IMG/VR virus record: IMGVR_UViG_3300042888_001115
Span: 11,067-75,066 of that record
Source: a virus
Lineage: Duplodnaviria; Heunggongvirae; Uroviricota; Caudoviricetes
Strand: one strand, 5' to 3'
DNA: 64,000 nucleotides
The notes under the pieces are model-generated. The model was not told the origin of the DNA. It worked only from the letters and a program-made list of their open reading frames with translations, and ran no database searches. The position numbers and the translations under genes were made by a program. Of the stretch, positions 36,661 through 46,368 are shown in pieces; the stretch's first letter is position 1, and each line of letters opens with the position of its first letter.

Positions 36661-37371
36661 TTATTCTTTTATTTCTATTGAACTCCAATCATTTGTTTCA
36701 CTGTCCCATATCCAAATAGGATTAGCTAATACATAACGAATGTTTAATAACGATGCATTCAAACTTATCATACCTTCTAGCGGCACTTCGGTTTCCTCTT
36801 TAATCATTCCACCACATTCATGTATGTGTCCAAATACGTGGACCTTAGGGTGTATGTCGTTGATTCTATTGGCTAACATTTCACATCCAACATGGTAGTT
36901 GCCTCTTACACTTACATCAAATCTACCATATCTCGGTGTATGTGTCACTAACAAATCTACACTTCCGTCCGTTGGAACTTTTTGCCATACTTCATCTAAC
37001 TCTGCGTTTCTTTGTTTCATAAATGCCCACATACCGAATACAGGAGACCATGGGCTACCATAGATACCTAATCCATCAATGTTTATAAAACTATCTTCTA
37101 AATAGGTAACTCCATAATTGTTTGCTAATAACCAATTACGCCTATCGGTTTGCTGTAACACAAAATCATGATTACCCGCTACTAATACTTTATGTTTTGC
37201 ATTTTGTTTGCTAAACCAATTCATAAATAAATCGGTTTCTTCAAACTCACCATAACGAGTACAATCCCCACTATGCACAATAATATCTACATAGGGTAAC
37301 TCACCATATAATTCAGTAATCTCAAGATGTCTACCATGAGTGTCACTTAAAAACATTATTTTCATAACCAA
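36661..37371 (-). CDS. calcineurin-like metallophosphoesterase
   Basis: FLSDTHGRH, HSGDCT, GNHD, VTHTP, GHIHE motif series. Confidence 0.75.
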   Translation of the reverse strand: MVMKIMFLSDTHGRHLEITELYGELPYVDIIVHSGDCTRYGEFEETDLFMNWFSKQNAKHKVLVAGNHDFVLQQTDRRNWLLANNYGVTYLEDSFINIDGLGIYGSPWSPVFGMWAFMKQRNAELDEVWQKVPTDGSVDLLVTHTPRYGRFDVSVRGNYHVGCEMLANRINDIHPKVHVFGHIHECGGMIKEETEVPLEGMISLNASLLNIRYVLANPIWIWDSETNDWSSIEIKE

Positions 37372-38500
37372 TTAATTTATCTATTTCTAATATTGTATTT
37401 GTAGGATTAAAACTATCCATTATAAACTTATAATTCTTTTCTAATCTTTGTTGAACACTATCCGATTCATATATTGCCTTAACTTTATCAATTGATAATT
37501 CATTGATTCGTTTTAAAGCATCTACAAATAGTTCTATTCTTTGTGTTTCCGTTTTATTATCATCCCAACCAATTTCTAATCCAAATACATCTTCAAATGT
37601 TTCTATTCCATATTGTCTCAATGCTGAGTTAAATCCATTACATTGTAAAGATAAGAATATATTTTTACATAACCAAGATCTAATTGTTTTTTCTGTTAAT
37701 CTTAAATCATCCCCACTATCACCACTGCTCTCAATAGTAAATGAAATATATGAATCTAATGAGTTTGTATTGATACTATCATACATATCATTTGTATCTG
37801 AACTTTGTATTTGTCCTAATGCTACCGCATCTTTGTTCTCATATATAAAAAACTCATTTACAAATTGATTTAAGTATTCGATATCAATTACTAAATCATC
37901 ATTACCACTACGTCCCCCACCAGGTCTATTTCTATAATTAATAAAATCTTCTATTGTAGAGAGATTACCAAACGTATCTTTTTTTATTATATTACCAAAG
38001 GTATAATAACATTCGTTTAATTCAATACCTTTTTTTTTGAGCAATTCAAATATTTTAAGTCTTCGTAAATTTATAGACCTATTAAAGAAATTAAACTTCT
38101 TTGTTCTATTATTGTTTGGTATATATGCTACTTTTGAAAACAAGTTTGTAAATGGATAACATCTATTTTTAAATGATATATCATTTTCAATACTATACAC
38201 ATCTAAATGCGTTGTTAAGAAATATATAGTATGATTTGTATTTCTATTTTCTACAATTGCTTTACGCCTATGTTCATTACAATATTCATGTTTAATAAAC
38301 AAAAATATATTTAATTTTAAATTTGGATTTACTGATTCATTTATCTTATCGATTGTATCTAATGTAATAAATAATACATCATTATCTTTAAGATTATCAA
38401 TAAAACTAAAATCATTATATTGTAATTCTATAAGATTATACCCAATTGATTCAAAATATTTAAAGTCTAAACCATAAATAGAATCGTAATAAAATGTCAT
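37343..38500 (-). CDS. large paralogous family A protein (possible glycosyltransferase)
   Basis: C-terminal NGFNSALRQYGIETFEDVFG block like 15310 and 16497. Confidence 0.4.
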   Translation of the reverse strand: MTFYYDSIYGLDFKYFESIGYNLIELQYNDFSFIDNLKDNDVLFITLDTIDKINESVNPNLKLNIFLFIKHEYCNEHRRKAIVENRNTNHTIYFLTTHLDVYSIENDISFKNRCYPFTNLFSKVAYIPNNNRTKKFNFFNRSINLRRLKIFELLKKKGIELNECYYTFGNIIKKDTFGNLSTIEDFINYRNRPGGGRSGNDDLVIDIEYLNQFVNEFFIYENKDAVALGQIQSSDTNDMYDSINTNSLDSYISFTIESSGDSGDDLRLTEKTIRSWLCKNIFLSLQCNGFNSALRQYGIETFEDVFGLEIGWDDNKTETQRIELFVDALKRINELSIDKVKAIYESDSVQQRLEKNYKFIMDSFNPTNTILEIDKLIGYENNVFK

Positions 38501-38501
38501 T

Positions 38502-38699
38502 TTATATTTTTAAATCTTTAATCGTATCAACTATATCTGCTTCATCTTTATATATTTCATATACCTTATCCAATGCGTCATTATAGGCCACTTCTGCTAT
38601 TTTATGTGCATCATCTAATTTAATATACGAAAATGTATCACCATCTTTGTTTTTAAGCGAAAGGAAGCCAGTTGCTTTTAATTTGTTTTCCCATTTCAT
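38502..38699 (-). CDS. small hypothetical protein
   Basis: 65-aa ORF. Confidence 0.4.
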   Translation of the reverse strand: MKWENKLKATGFLSLKNKDGDTFSYIKLDDAHKIAEVAYNDALDKVYEIYKDEADIVDTIKDLKI

Positions 38700-38702
38700 A
38701 TG

Positions 38703-38874
38703 TACTACTTTTTTGAATAAGTATCATCCTTTGTAAGTTTCCGTAATAAATCTTGCTGACCCTTTGTAAAATTACCCTTCTCAGTAAGATGTTTATCTAA
38801 CGATTCTAATAATTTAAGTTTGCGAGTAAAGTAATCTCTCGCTTGTTCTAATAGTAATCTATCGTATCTACTCA
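38703..38874 (-). CDS. small hypothetical protein (57 aa, MSRYDRLLLEQARDYF...)
   Basis: ATG ORF not in the track, in the 38700-38877 gap. Confidence 0.35.
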
Positions 38875-38877
38875 TAG

Positions 38878-40083
38878 TTATTCAAATGTATTTGTTACTA
38901 AATTATATTTCCATCGGTGCACTTTACCATTTACAATTATACCATCTAAATAATAAACATTATCTTTCTGATATAAATTTAATTTAAACATCCATGCTTT
39001 TGAATTGGTTTGATAGGTTGTGATATTGGTTTCTTTGAACGTTTTATAGTTATCAGTTGTTTTATAAACATTTAATTGAAATCCATTATACCAATTAGTG
39101 CCACTATCAATTGTTCTATTTAATAGAATTTCCGTTGTACCATCATTATCAATATCCGCTGCTACAATATCCAATACTAATGCCCATCCATTTGAATTAG
39201 GTTCACAAATAATTGTATTGTTACTAAACTCATTATTGTTATTCCAAAATATAGTAGATTTAGAATATCTATTTGAATTTGGAAATCCCTCAAATCCAGT
39301 CATTATAATATCGGGTTGTGTATCTTTATTTACATCCAATATTTCAATTGTTATATAACCAGAAGTTCCATTATATTTCCAATCAGTTGCATTAAAACTA
39401 CCATCACCACTACCATATAAAACTTTAATATAATTACCTGCGGTTACAACAATATCAATGTTTCCATCTTTATTTAGGTCACCACTTGCACCACCATGCC
39501 AAAACTTTTTGCCAATATCAGGTAATGTTCCTAATTTATATTTGCCTGTTTTTTTGTCACTCAATAACAATGTGTTTGTTTCACCTGGCCAATAATTATT
39601 ATCTTCAAATCCATGATTGATTAAAAATAAATCCGGCAAGCTATCATTATTAAAATCACCTACAATTGTTTTACGGGTGTTTTGATTACCATTATACTCT
39701 AATGGAAGCATACTATTATCTTTTGTATAAGAGTTGCCATTATTAATAAACACATCCGGTTTTGTATTAAATTCACCATCTGAACTATATGGATAAAATA
39801 TGTCTTCTCTACCATCGTTATTCATATCCACATATACAAATCCCAAATTATTAGTTCCATTATATCTACCTATATTTTTAATGCCAAATGTATTTCTAAG
39901 TGAATCAATACTAATAAATTTATTAGTATTTTTTAATTCATATGAGGTTTTGCCATAATATACAATTTTAGGTAATTCCGTTGGTATTATTGGTGTAACT
40001 ACAATTGGTTTAACGATTATTGGTGCAGTTTTAGAACATCCAAATAAGGTCACTACGATTAATGCTAATATAATTTTTTTCAT
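38878..40083 (-). CDS. FG-GAP/VCBS-repeat lipoprotein
   Basis: Lipoprotein signal MKKIILALIVVTLFGCSK; repeated D-x-N-x-D-G motifs (DFNNDSLPDLF, DLNKDGNIDIVV, DIDNDGTTEILL). Confidence 0.55.
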   Translation of the reverse strand: MKKIILALIVVTLFGCSKTAPIIVKPIVVTPIIPTELPKIVYYGKTSYELKNTNKFISIDSLRNTFGIKNIGRYNGTNNLGFVYVDMNNDGREDIFYPYSSDGEFNTKPDVFINNGNSYTKDNSMLPLEYNGNQNTRKTIVGDFNNDSLPDLFLINHGFEDNNYWPGETNTLLLSDKKTGKYKLGTLPDIGKKFWHGGASGDLNKDGNIDIVVTAGNYIKVLYGSGDGSFNATDWKYNGTSGYITIEILDVNKDTQPDIIMTGFEGFPNSNRYSKSTIFWNNNNEFSNNTIICEPNSNGWALVLDIVAADIDNDGTTEILLNRTIDSGTNWYNGFQLNVYKTTDNYKTFKETNITTYQTNSKAWMFKLNLYQKDNVYYLDGIIVNGKVHRWKYNLVTNTFE

Positions 40084-40086
40084 ATT

Positions 40087-40437
40087 TTAATTTTTAACAA
40101 ATAACTGAATACCTACTATTATAAATCCCAATGCTAAACACAATCCATTCTTTAAACTTAATGGCTCTTTGAATAGATAGTGTGACATCAATGTAAATAT
40201 AATTACACCGATACCAAATCCTAACAAACGGGAAGGCCATATCTGCCCACCAAACCCAGCTATGAATGAGTTTACACTTTGTATGTAAACCCATCCTAGT
40301 GGTAATGATGCTAATATAACCAACCATTGATACTTCTCATACCAACCATATTTGTAACTACCTTGTAATTGTAAGAATGTACCAATCTGTCCTAAGATAC
40401 CAAATAAGATACCTATGATTATTTTATTATAATTCAT
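40087..40437 (-). CDS. four-TM membrane protein
   Basis: 116 aa, four hydrophobic helices. Confidence 0.45.
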   Translation of the reverse strand: MNYNKIIIGILFGILGQIGTFLQLQGSYKYGWYEKYQWLVILASLPLGWVYIQSVNSFIAGFGGQIWPSRLLGFGIGVIIFTLMSHYLFKEPLSLKNGLCLALGFIIVGIQLFVKN

Positions 40438-41056
40438 TTGTTATATATTTTCTTTTCAAAATACATTCGTAATAATCCACAACCTCATCTTTGCCATCTT
40501 TACTACGAACCCATTTTTGTCCAAATTCTTTTTTACATTGTTCTATTCTCTCTCTCTTTGATTTGGTTTTATCGGTATGATTTTTATAATATAACCAACT
40601 TGTCCAATAGTGGTCGTGGTAAGGACTATAAATTGTTATTGCTATTTGATAACCAAAGAATACAAATGATAAAACAGGATTCCATTCAAATCTATAATCC
40701 TTATCATTCCATTTTGTTTTCCAGCCCAACCCACAATAACTGAAGCCTACTTTAAGTGGTACTGCAAAGTTATAGTTTTTCTTTTCTTCAAATAACTCCT
40801 CAAAAGATTTTATCTTACGTGCATATTGAGGATTTAATGCATTGTATTTCTTTTGTGCTGCTATTTCCGATGTAACGGCTGCAGTTATCAGTTTATTATT
40901 TCCTTTAACCCATTTTCTAGGAAAGAAATAAGGAACACCTATTGCTATTTTACCGGCATAGAAACCAACTTTAAATGGTTTGAATGGTGCGTTTAATATT
41001 CCCAACCAACTGAAACGATTTATTAAGTATTTTAATTCAAATTTTAACTTATTCAT
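40427..41056 (-). CDS. hypothetical protein
   Basis: 209-aa ORF. Confidence 0.45.
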   Translation of the reverse strand: MNKLKFELKYLINRFSWLGILNAPFKPFKVGFYAGKIAIGVPYFFPRKWVKGNNKLITAAVTSEIAAQKKYNALNPQYARKIKSFEELFEEKKNYNFAVPLKVGFSYCGLGWKTKWNDKDYRFEWNPVLSFVFFGYQIAITIYSPYHDHYWTSWLYYKNHTDKTKSKRERIEQCKKEFGQKWVRSKDGKDEVVDYYECILKRKYITNEL

Positions 41057-41057
41057 A

Positions 41058-41582
41058 TTACCTATTTAATTTTGTTATACATTCATCAATCTTATTTCTT
41101 AACTTACCTTTGAATTGCATTTCACCATTTACTTTTACGTGTCTCCATTGTGGGATATTCATAAACTTAAAGTGTAATGCTACATTCAAATCATCAATTG
41201 CTATCCAATTACTAATCTTATTATCTTTAACCCACTTTGCTATTTGTGCCGCTCGCATATAATCATTTGAACATCTACTCATCTTATACCACAGGTATTG
41301 ATATGTTGTTGTATCAATTAAGTGTGAACGATGTATTCCGTAGTGTTGAAAGATTGCTCCCATCTGGTCAAATGAAAAATGATTTCTCCAATCTGAGCTT
41401 AATACTAATTTTGCATTTGTTTCATCTAATATAGTTTTCAATGCTTCACATTCCGGTATATCCCAAGCGTATGGTATTGTAAACGGCTTAACTATTCCTT
41501 CATCAATAGTAACAATTCCATCACCCCAACTTCCCCAAGATAAAGGTCCATCTACATCTATGAATATTATTTTTTGTCTCAT
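41058..41582 (-). CDS. HAD-like phosphatase (tentative)
   Basis: IIFIDVDGPL (DxD motif I), LVLSSDW (motif II Ser), AIDD (motif IV). Confidence 0.4.
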   Translation of the reverse strand: MRQKIIFIDVDGPLSWGSWGDGIVTIDEGIVKPFTIPYAWDIPECEALKTILDETNAKLVLSSDWRNHFSFDQMGAIFQHYGIHRSHLIDTTTYQYLWYKMSRCSNDYMRAAQIAKWVKDNKISNWIAIDDLNVALHFKFMNIPQWRHVKVNGEMQFKGKLRNKIDECITKLNR

Positions 41583-41585
41583 AAC

Positions 41586-41891
41586 TTATTTGTTTGTTAT
41601 TATATCGTAATCGTACACTATTTCATTTAAGAATTTAATAAAACTAAATGGGTCAACCAATGTTTTAGAATCTATATCATATCTAATTGATTTACCACCA
41701 TCTACTGCTAATCGTCCTTTAAATTTGTTTTTATCAAATTCATCTCTATCAAGTGTATATGAACAATCATTATCATAATTTTCATGTACAAAATTAAATC
41801 TATAAAAATCAGGTTCAGTTTGTATTTTCTTTATCTCAACCTGCATTGCATTGATTGGATATAACTTATCTATGTTTTTTATTGTTAGCAT
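41586..41891 (-). CDS. MLTIxN-family small protein
   Basis: MLTIKNIDKLYPI. Confidence 0.5.
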   Translation of the reverse strand: MLTIKNIDKLYPINAMQVEIKKIQTEPDFYRFNFVHENYDNDCSYTLDRDEFDKNKFKGRLAVDGGKSIRYDIDSKTLVDPFSFIKFLNEIVYDYDIITNK

Positions 41892-41892
41892 A

Positions 41893-42186
41893 TTATCTTA
41901 CTTTTATTGGTTTTCTATATTTTTCTATTAAATAAATTATATCCGATATCAGTATTGATTTATTTTCCACAATAGTATTGGAAATCTTAAAGTATTTTGT
42001 TGGACTATATCTTATACTATATTTACCCCCATCACGTTCTTTCATCAAGTCAATTCGGAAATATCTATTAATATCCGTATCTAAAACTGCAAATGAATAT
42101 GAATTGGTAAAATCCTTAACTGAATGTATTTTATATTTGCCCAGTACTTCACCTATTACTTTATCTATATTGTGTATCTTTAGCAT
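41893..42186 (-). CDS. MLTIxN-family small protein (start trimmed to MLKIHNIDKV)
   Basis: Internal Met abuts the ligase stop. Confidence 0.45.
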   Translation of the reverse strand: MLKIHNIDKVIGEVLGKYKIHSVKDFTNSYSFAVLDTDINRYFRIDLMKERDGGKYSIRYSPTKYFKISNTIVENKSILISDIIYLIEKYRKPIKVR

Positions 42187-42187
42187 A

Positions 42188-43327
42188 TTATTCGTATTCG
42201 TTTCTGTCAATATTAATTACATATGGAAAACGGGGTATACCATCAGGTGTTAAATTAAAATACTTAATCGTTGCTTGCTTACCGATTAGTTTCTTTTTAC
42301 TCTTTAACATCTCAGCCGTTTCATCCCAAGTTCCTTTTACATTTGATTTGAAAGGTTTACCATCAATCGTTTCAAATACCATATAACCAGCAGTTCCAGT
42401 TCTATTACCTTCACCCTCTACGATATCTAAAATAGTATATTCATCATCAACAAACGATTTATGTTTTAATAAGTTCTTACTTCGTTTGTTTTCATACTTA
42501 CCATTCGTTCTTAACATCTGACCTTCGTAACCTTTCTCTACATACCCACCATATAATTCCATAACTTCATCTTCATTATCAACTTTATATGTTTGTACTA
42601 TTCTACAATACTTACCTACTTGTGAAAATGTTTCAAATAGTATTCCTAAATCATACATTCTTTTTACAAAGTTATTATCTGAACTAGGTAAATCGTATAT
42701 GTGATACTCTATACTTTTTTCACTTTCAATTAAATCCTCTTTAGTTGGTTTTGTTTTTTTAACCAAAGATACAATCTTATTGAAATCATTAGCGAACTTA
42801 TCGGCATATAACTCACCATCTAATATCAAATCAGGATTCATTACAAATACATGCCATAAGCTATACATGATATGTTGCGCTGAAAGAATAGGTTTACCAT
42901 TTCTGCTAAACATACCATCTTTTGTCACTATACAACGAATACCATCTAACTTAGCTTGCGAATAAATTGGATATGTAACCTTATCTTTACTATCTTCCCA
43001 TTTAGCGGCTAACATTGGTTCAAAGTATTGTGTTTTGTTTATGTGTTTGATATTCTCAAAGTAACCACTCTCTAACTTCTTTGTTCGTTTAGCTACCGCC
43101 TCTGCCATCGTTTGTTCTTTATCCGTAGTTTCATTTGCTCTACCAATATTCTTACCATAACAAATTGTCCACTCATTCGTAGTAATAGCACCGCCAACTT
43201 GTCCACTATGGGTTCGGTATTTATTACCTACTACTTCAATTGTCCATTCTTGCGTTGCACCGGTCTTTGTTTTTTTGTAAATAGTTTCTAATTTCATATT
43301 ATAAATTTTTGTTATATTAGGAGTCAT
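42188..43327 (-). CDS. ATP-dependent DNA ligase (T7-type minimal ligase)
   Basis: EPMLAAKW...QAKLDGIRC (motif I KxDGxR), OB-fold C-terminal region, 379 aa. The first 11 codons (MTPNITKIYNM) lie in the triplicated leader, so an alternative start at 43294 (MKLETIY) is possible. Confidence 0.85.
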   Translation of the reverse strand: MTPNITKIYNMKLETIYKKTKTGATQEWTIEVVGNKYRTHSGQVGGAITTNEWTICYGKNIGRANETTDKEQTMAEAVAKRTKKLESGYFENIKHINKTQYFEPMLAAKWEDSKDKVTYPIYSQAKLDGIRCIVTKDGMFSRNGKPILSAQHIMYSLWHVFVMNPDLILDGELYADKFANDFNKIVSLVKKTKPTKEDLIESEKSIEYHIYDLPSSDNNFVKRMYDLGILFETFSQVGKYCRIVQTYKVDNEDEVMELYGGYVEKGYEGQMLRTNGKYENKRSKNLLKHKSFVDDEYTILDIVEGEGNRTGTAGYMVFETIDGKPFKSNVKGTWDETAEMLKSKKKLIGKQATIKYFNLTPDGIPRFPYVINIDRNEYE

Positions 43328-43344
43328 TCTCTCGACTCAATACA

Positions 43345-43355
43345 TAAAGATACGA
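43345..43355 (-). promoter_or_regulatory. promoter -7-like motif GTCGTATCTTTATGTATTG
   Basis: Inside copy A, about 28 nt upstream of the first ATG. Confidence 0.4.
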
Positions 43356-43410
43356 CTTTATATTGGATTGGCAATGCCCTAAGTGAACTAATTTTGAAAG
43401 TTTTTATTGG

Positions 43411-43426
43411 GAATCAACGAGTTACG
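43411..43426 (-). promoter_or_regulatory. upstream element ATCAACGAGTTACG (UAS-class motif)
   Basis: Member of the ATCAAYKRGTTASG family, about 60 nt upstream of the -7 motif. Confidence 0.4.
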
Positions 43427-43472
43427 CCAATATAACCCTAACATATTAGGTATTTTTAATATATGATACCTA

Positions 43473-43796
43473 TTATTTAAAATTATAGTTATCCAATTTT
43501 GCCAAACATTTAGTTATCATAACTGCCAAATCGGCTGCACTTCTAACATCTGAATTATCTATTTCGACTTCGGTAGCTGCTGCCCATCCCATAACATATA
43601 GTTTATAATTACCTTGTGGTTTTTTATCTCTGTCTAAATAAACTTCACAATCCGGTTTGCCCGCACCATCATCTTTAAATACAAATACATAAGAATCATA
43701 ATTCATTCTTTGATTATGTAGATTATAAAATTCTTTTATGGTTCGGCTATTACACGTATAACCAACCATTTTTTCTATGTTTTTTATTGTTAGCAT
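43473..43796 (-). CDS. MLTIxN-family small protein
   Basis: MLTIKNIEKMVGY. Confidence 0.5.
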   Translation of the reverse strand: MLTIKNIEKMVGYTCNSRTIKEFYNLHNQRMNYDSYVFVFKDDGAGKPDCEVYLDRDKKPQGNYKLYVMGWAAATEVEIDNSDVRSAADLAVMITKCLAKLDNYNFK

Positions 43797-43797
43797 G

Positions 43798-44073
43798 TTA
43801 TATTAATTCATCTATTAAAAATCGGATAAAGATATCTCTATCCCCTATACTCTCTATTGGTAGGTAGTGTCTATTACCTGTCTCTTGGCAATACATAAGA
43901 TAATCACCATTGGATGTCTTAACCCTACCAATGCTAAAGTTAAACATATCAAAGGGTGAGCCATTATGTACTACTTTAATAAGATAGTTATCCTTCGACT
44001 TAGTCACATAGTGTATCTTCCAATGGCCAACGTATGTCCCCGTAAGAGAATCTATGTTTTTTATTGTAAGCAT
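43798..44073 (-). CDS. MLTIxN-family small protein (start trimmed to MLTIKNIDSL)
   Basis: The track has a duplicated motif, MLNLKNYNMLTIKNIDSL; the internal Met abuts the upstream stop. Confidence 0.45.
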   Translation of the reverse strand: MLTIKNIDSLTGTYVGHWKIHYVTKSKDNYLIKVVHNGSPFDMFNFSIGRVKTSNGDYLMYCQETGNRHYLPIESIGDRDIFIRFLIDELI

Positions 44074-44074
44074 A

Positions 44075-44338
44075 TTATAATTTTTCAAGTTTAGCAATTA
44101 CATCCATTACATCTTCGGGTCTTAAATAACCAAGTACATCATTCGTAATCGGCGTATCGTAACATATTTCACCATCTTTGAAAATAGCTAATTCATACAA
44201 TCCGATATCACCACCATACGAGTGCGGACTTTGTACTACTGATACTTCATATCCATTATCTAATTTAGTTCTACTTACAATACCAAAATCAGCACCCATA
44301 GGGTTTGTTTTAAATTCAATATCTTTAAATGTTTTCAT
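44075..44338 (-). CDS. hypothetical protein
   Basis: 87-aa ORF. Confidence 0.4.
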   Translation of the reverse strand: MKTFKDIEFKTNPMGADFGIVSRTKLDNGYEVSVVQSPHSYGGDIGLYELAIFKDGEICYDTPITNDVLGYLRPEDVMDVIAKLEKL

Positions 44339-44391
44339 AATTTGTTTTATTTAATCTATAAAGGTAGTTAATTTTTCTGATACTACCAAAT

Positions 44392-44742
44392 CTATTTATA
44401 TGCTTTAATAGGTTTAATTTTCATTTGCCAATTATTGTTACCCGCCATTTGGCATATCATATAACCAAACCAATCTTTGTTTTTAATACAATTCAAAGTC
44501 ACTTCGGTTCTTAAATGAGATGCGTGTGTTTGATACATAACATAGTTACCACTATATTTTGCACTACTATCCCTTAATAAAGTAAATCCAATATAATCTT
44601 GTATTGTTCCATTTCCTTTTGTCAATGAAACTGTTATTGCATACTTTTCCGTACCTTCGTTTATATCCTCAATAGATAATGTATAACCATCACATTCAAT
44701 ATAATCACCTTTAAGTTCATTATAGTTTTTAATATTTAACAT
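44392..44742 (-). CDS. MLTIxN-family small protein
   Basis: MLNIKNYNELKGD. Confidence 0.45.
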   Translation of the reverse strand: MLNIKNYNELKGDYIECDGYTLSIEDINEGTEKYAITVSLTKGNGTIQDYIGFTLLRDSSAKYSGNYVMYQTHASHLRTEVTLNCIKNKDWFGYMICQMAGNNNWQMKIKPIKAYK

Positions 44743-44745
44743 ACA

Positions 44746-45273
44746 CTATGGTTTAAGTAGTTTAATATGTTTACACGTTTGTGGTGTTTCTTTACTATAT
44801 TGGTATGCAGGACAAGTACAACTCCAGTCACTCGTACCCAATACATTTTCTGTCACTTGATATAATAAATTAGGACCTGATTGACTTGCTACACTATGTA
44901 TAATTTCGGTTAATGTCATATCAGTCATGCCCATTGTATCAGGTTGTACCACTTCTAAATTAACTTTATTTGCCACATCATACATACTATCGATAACAAA
45001 TTCCTTAAATCGTTCTATTGTTAGAATTGAATCTTTTACGATAGGTATATTTTCATGTATATACCAACCATCCATACCATCACCGATTGCACATATTTTA
45101 ACATTATATTGGTTTTTATCCCAATTCATTTCAAACAATACACAATTACTCCAACTTCCGTCGTGTACTTGTTGAACAAAGAATCCCTCTTTACATACAT
45201 CAATTTCAATTTCAGTATTTCCAAATTTAATTTTTTCGTTATCTACTTTGTGAAAGTTTTCTGGCTTTTTCAT
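44746..45273 (-). CDS. SWIM zinc-finger protein
   Basis: C-terminal WSCTCPAYQYSKETPQTCKHI (CxCx12CxH). Confidence 0.55.
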   Translation of the reverse strand: MKKPENFHKVDNEKIKFGNTEIEIDVCKEGFFVQQVHDGSWSNCVLFEMNWDKNQYNVKICAIGDGMDGWYIHENIPIVKDSILTIERFKEFVIDSMYDVANKVNLEVVQPDTMGMTDMTLTEIIHSVASQSGPNLLYQVTENVLGTSDWSCTCPAYQYSKETPQTCKHIKLLKP

Positions 45274-45674
45274 ATTTTATAAATTTTAATTTTTGTTAAT
45301 TTAGTTTGTTTATCGTTTGCTCCAATTAATATATCAATTCGTTTCTTATATCGTTTGTTCATTACATCGTGAACTCTATATGTACCATCATATTTACCGG
45401 CACCAACAATTCTAATCTTTTGTCCAAACTTATATTTCTTTTTTAAATCTCTACTAACTGCAATAATTCTATGTTTCTTTGGATTAGTAATCTTAAATCC
45501 ACTCGCAGTTATATTTGGTGTACTATCCGTTTCGGCTGCATTTGCTTTATATGTGGTTAGTGTCACTATTTCGGGAGTAATCGTTTCAATCATTGTGTTG
45601 ATTCTTAATTCCTCTCGTTCCATTTCGTAAGGTAAACATACCATTGCGATTGCTAGTATTATATTGTAATTCAT
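45270..45674 (-). CDS. 3D-domain (MltA-like) cell-wall-binding/lytic protein with signal peptide
   Basis: N-terminal hydrophobic leader; HRIIAVSRDLKKKYKFGQKIRIVGAGKYDGTYRVHDVMNKRYKKRIDIL matches the 3D-domain pattern with conserved Asp positions. Confidence 0.55.
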   Translation of the reverse strand: MNYNIILAIAMVCLPYEMEREELRINTMIETITPEIVTLTTYKANAAETDSTPNITASGFKITNPKKHRIIAVSRDLKKKYKFGQKIRIVGAGKYDGTYRVHDVMNKRYKKRIDILIGANDKQTKLTKIKIYKI

Positions 45675-45677
45675 AAC

Positions 45678-46007
45678 TTATAATAATTTAGGTGTCCATT
45701 CATCCGTTAGTAATTTAAGTTTGTCCATTAGACTATCCATATTGACAATATCTTCATGCTTTATCCAATAGGGATATCTTACACAATATGCTTCATTACT
45801 CCATTTTCCAATTGTATAATAACCATCCGATATAGCTGATGGGTTAAGTTCTACCGGCCTTCTATTTAATATAATGATATGTCTCATATTACCTCGCCAT
45901 ACATTAATTCTATATTCATCTCTCCTTTCATCAATATCCTCAATGTAGTTTTTATCATCCCATTCTTTACGGAATAGTTTTTCAAAGTTCTTAATTGTTA
46001 GTTTCAT
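45678..46007 (-). CDS. MLTIxN-family small protein (start trimmed to MKLTIKNFEKL)
   Basis: Family motif after the internal Met. Confidence 0.45.
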   Translation of the reverse strand: MKLTIKNFEKLFRKEWDDKNYIEDIDERRDEYRINVWRGNMRHIIILNRRPVELNPSAISDGYYTIGKWSNEAYCVRYPYWIKHEDIVNMDSLMDKLKLLTDEWTPKLL

Positions 46008-46368
46008 AATATTTTCTTTTATGTCTTTCTTCAAATTTATCTTCTACTAATTGTGCTGCTTTATTATATCCTTTATCTTTTAGTAATATGATTGCAAACA
46101 TATCAGCCGCAACTTCATCACTTTCGTTTCTATCCTTTGTGTGTTTCAACATTATATGTGCTACTTCATGTGCTTCTACCCACCGCAATTCATCTTTGGT
46201 CAATTTCACTTCACCATCTATGAATACACAACCCGAACTTGTCTCAGCGAAACCAAAACCACATTGTTCAAATAATGGTTTCATCACTTCATATCGGTAG
46301 TCATCTTTGGTTAGTATTGCAACTGCAACATCACTTTTGAACTCACTAAAATATGTTTTTGTTTTCAT
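45991..46368 (-). CDS. ImmA/IrrE-family HExxH metallopeptidase
   Basis: VEAHEVAHIMLKH plus downstream E..EVAADMFAIILL, typical ImmA architecture. Confidence 0.5.
   Translation of the reverse strand: MKTKTYFSEFKSDVAVAILTKDDYRYEVMKPLFEQCGFGFAETSSGCVFIDGEVKLTKDELRWVEAHEVAHIMLKHTKDRNESDEVAADMFAIILLKDKGYNKAAQLVEDKFEERHKRKYYETNN

Larger units (their letters stand above)
43321..43440 (-). repeat. 120-nt promoter/leader module, copy A
   Basis: Gene-sense CGTAACTCGTTGATTCCC ... CCAATATAAAGTCGTATCTTTATGTATTGAGTCGAGAGAATGACTCCTAATATAACAAAAATTTATAATATG; near-identical to copy B. Confidence 0.6.
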
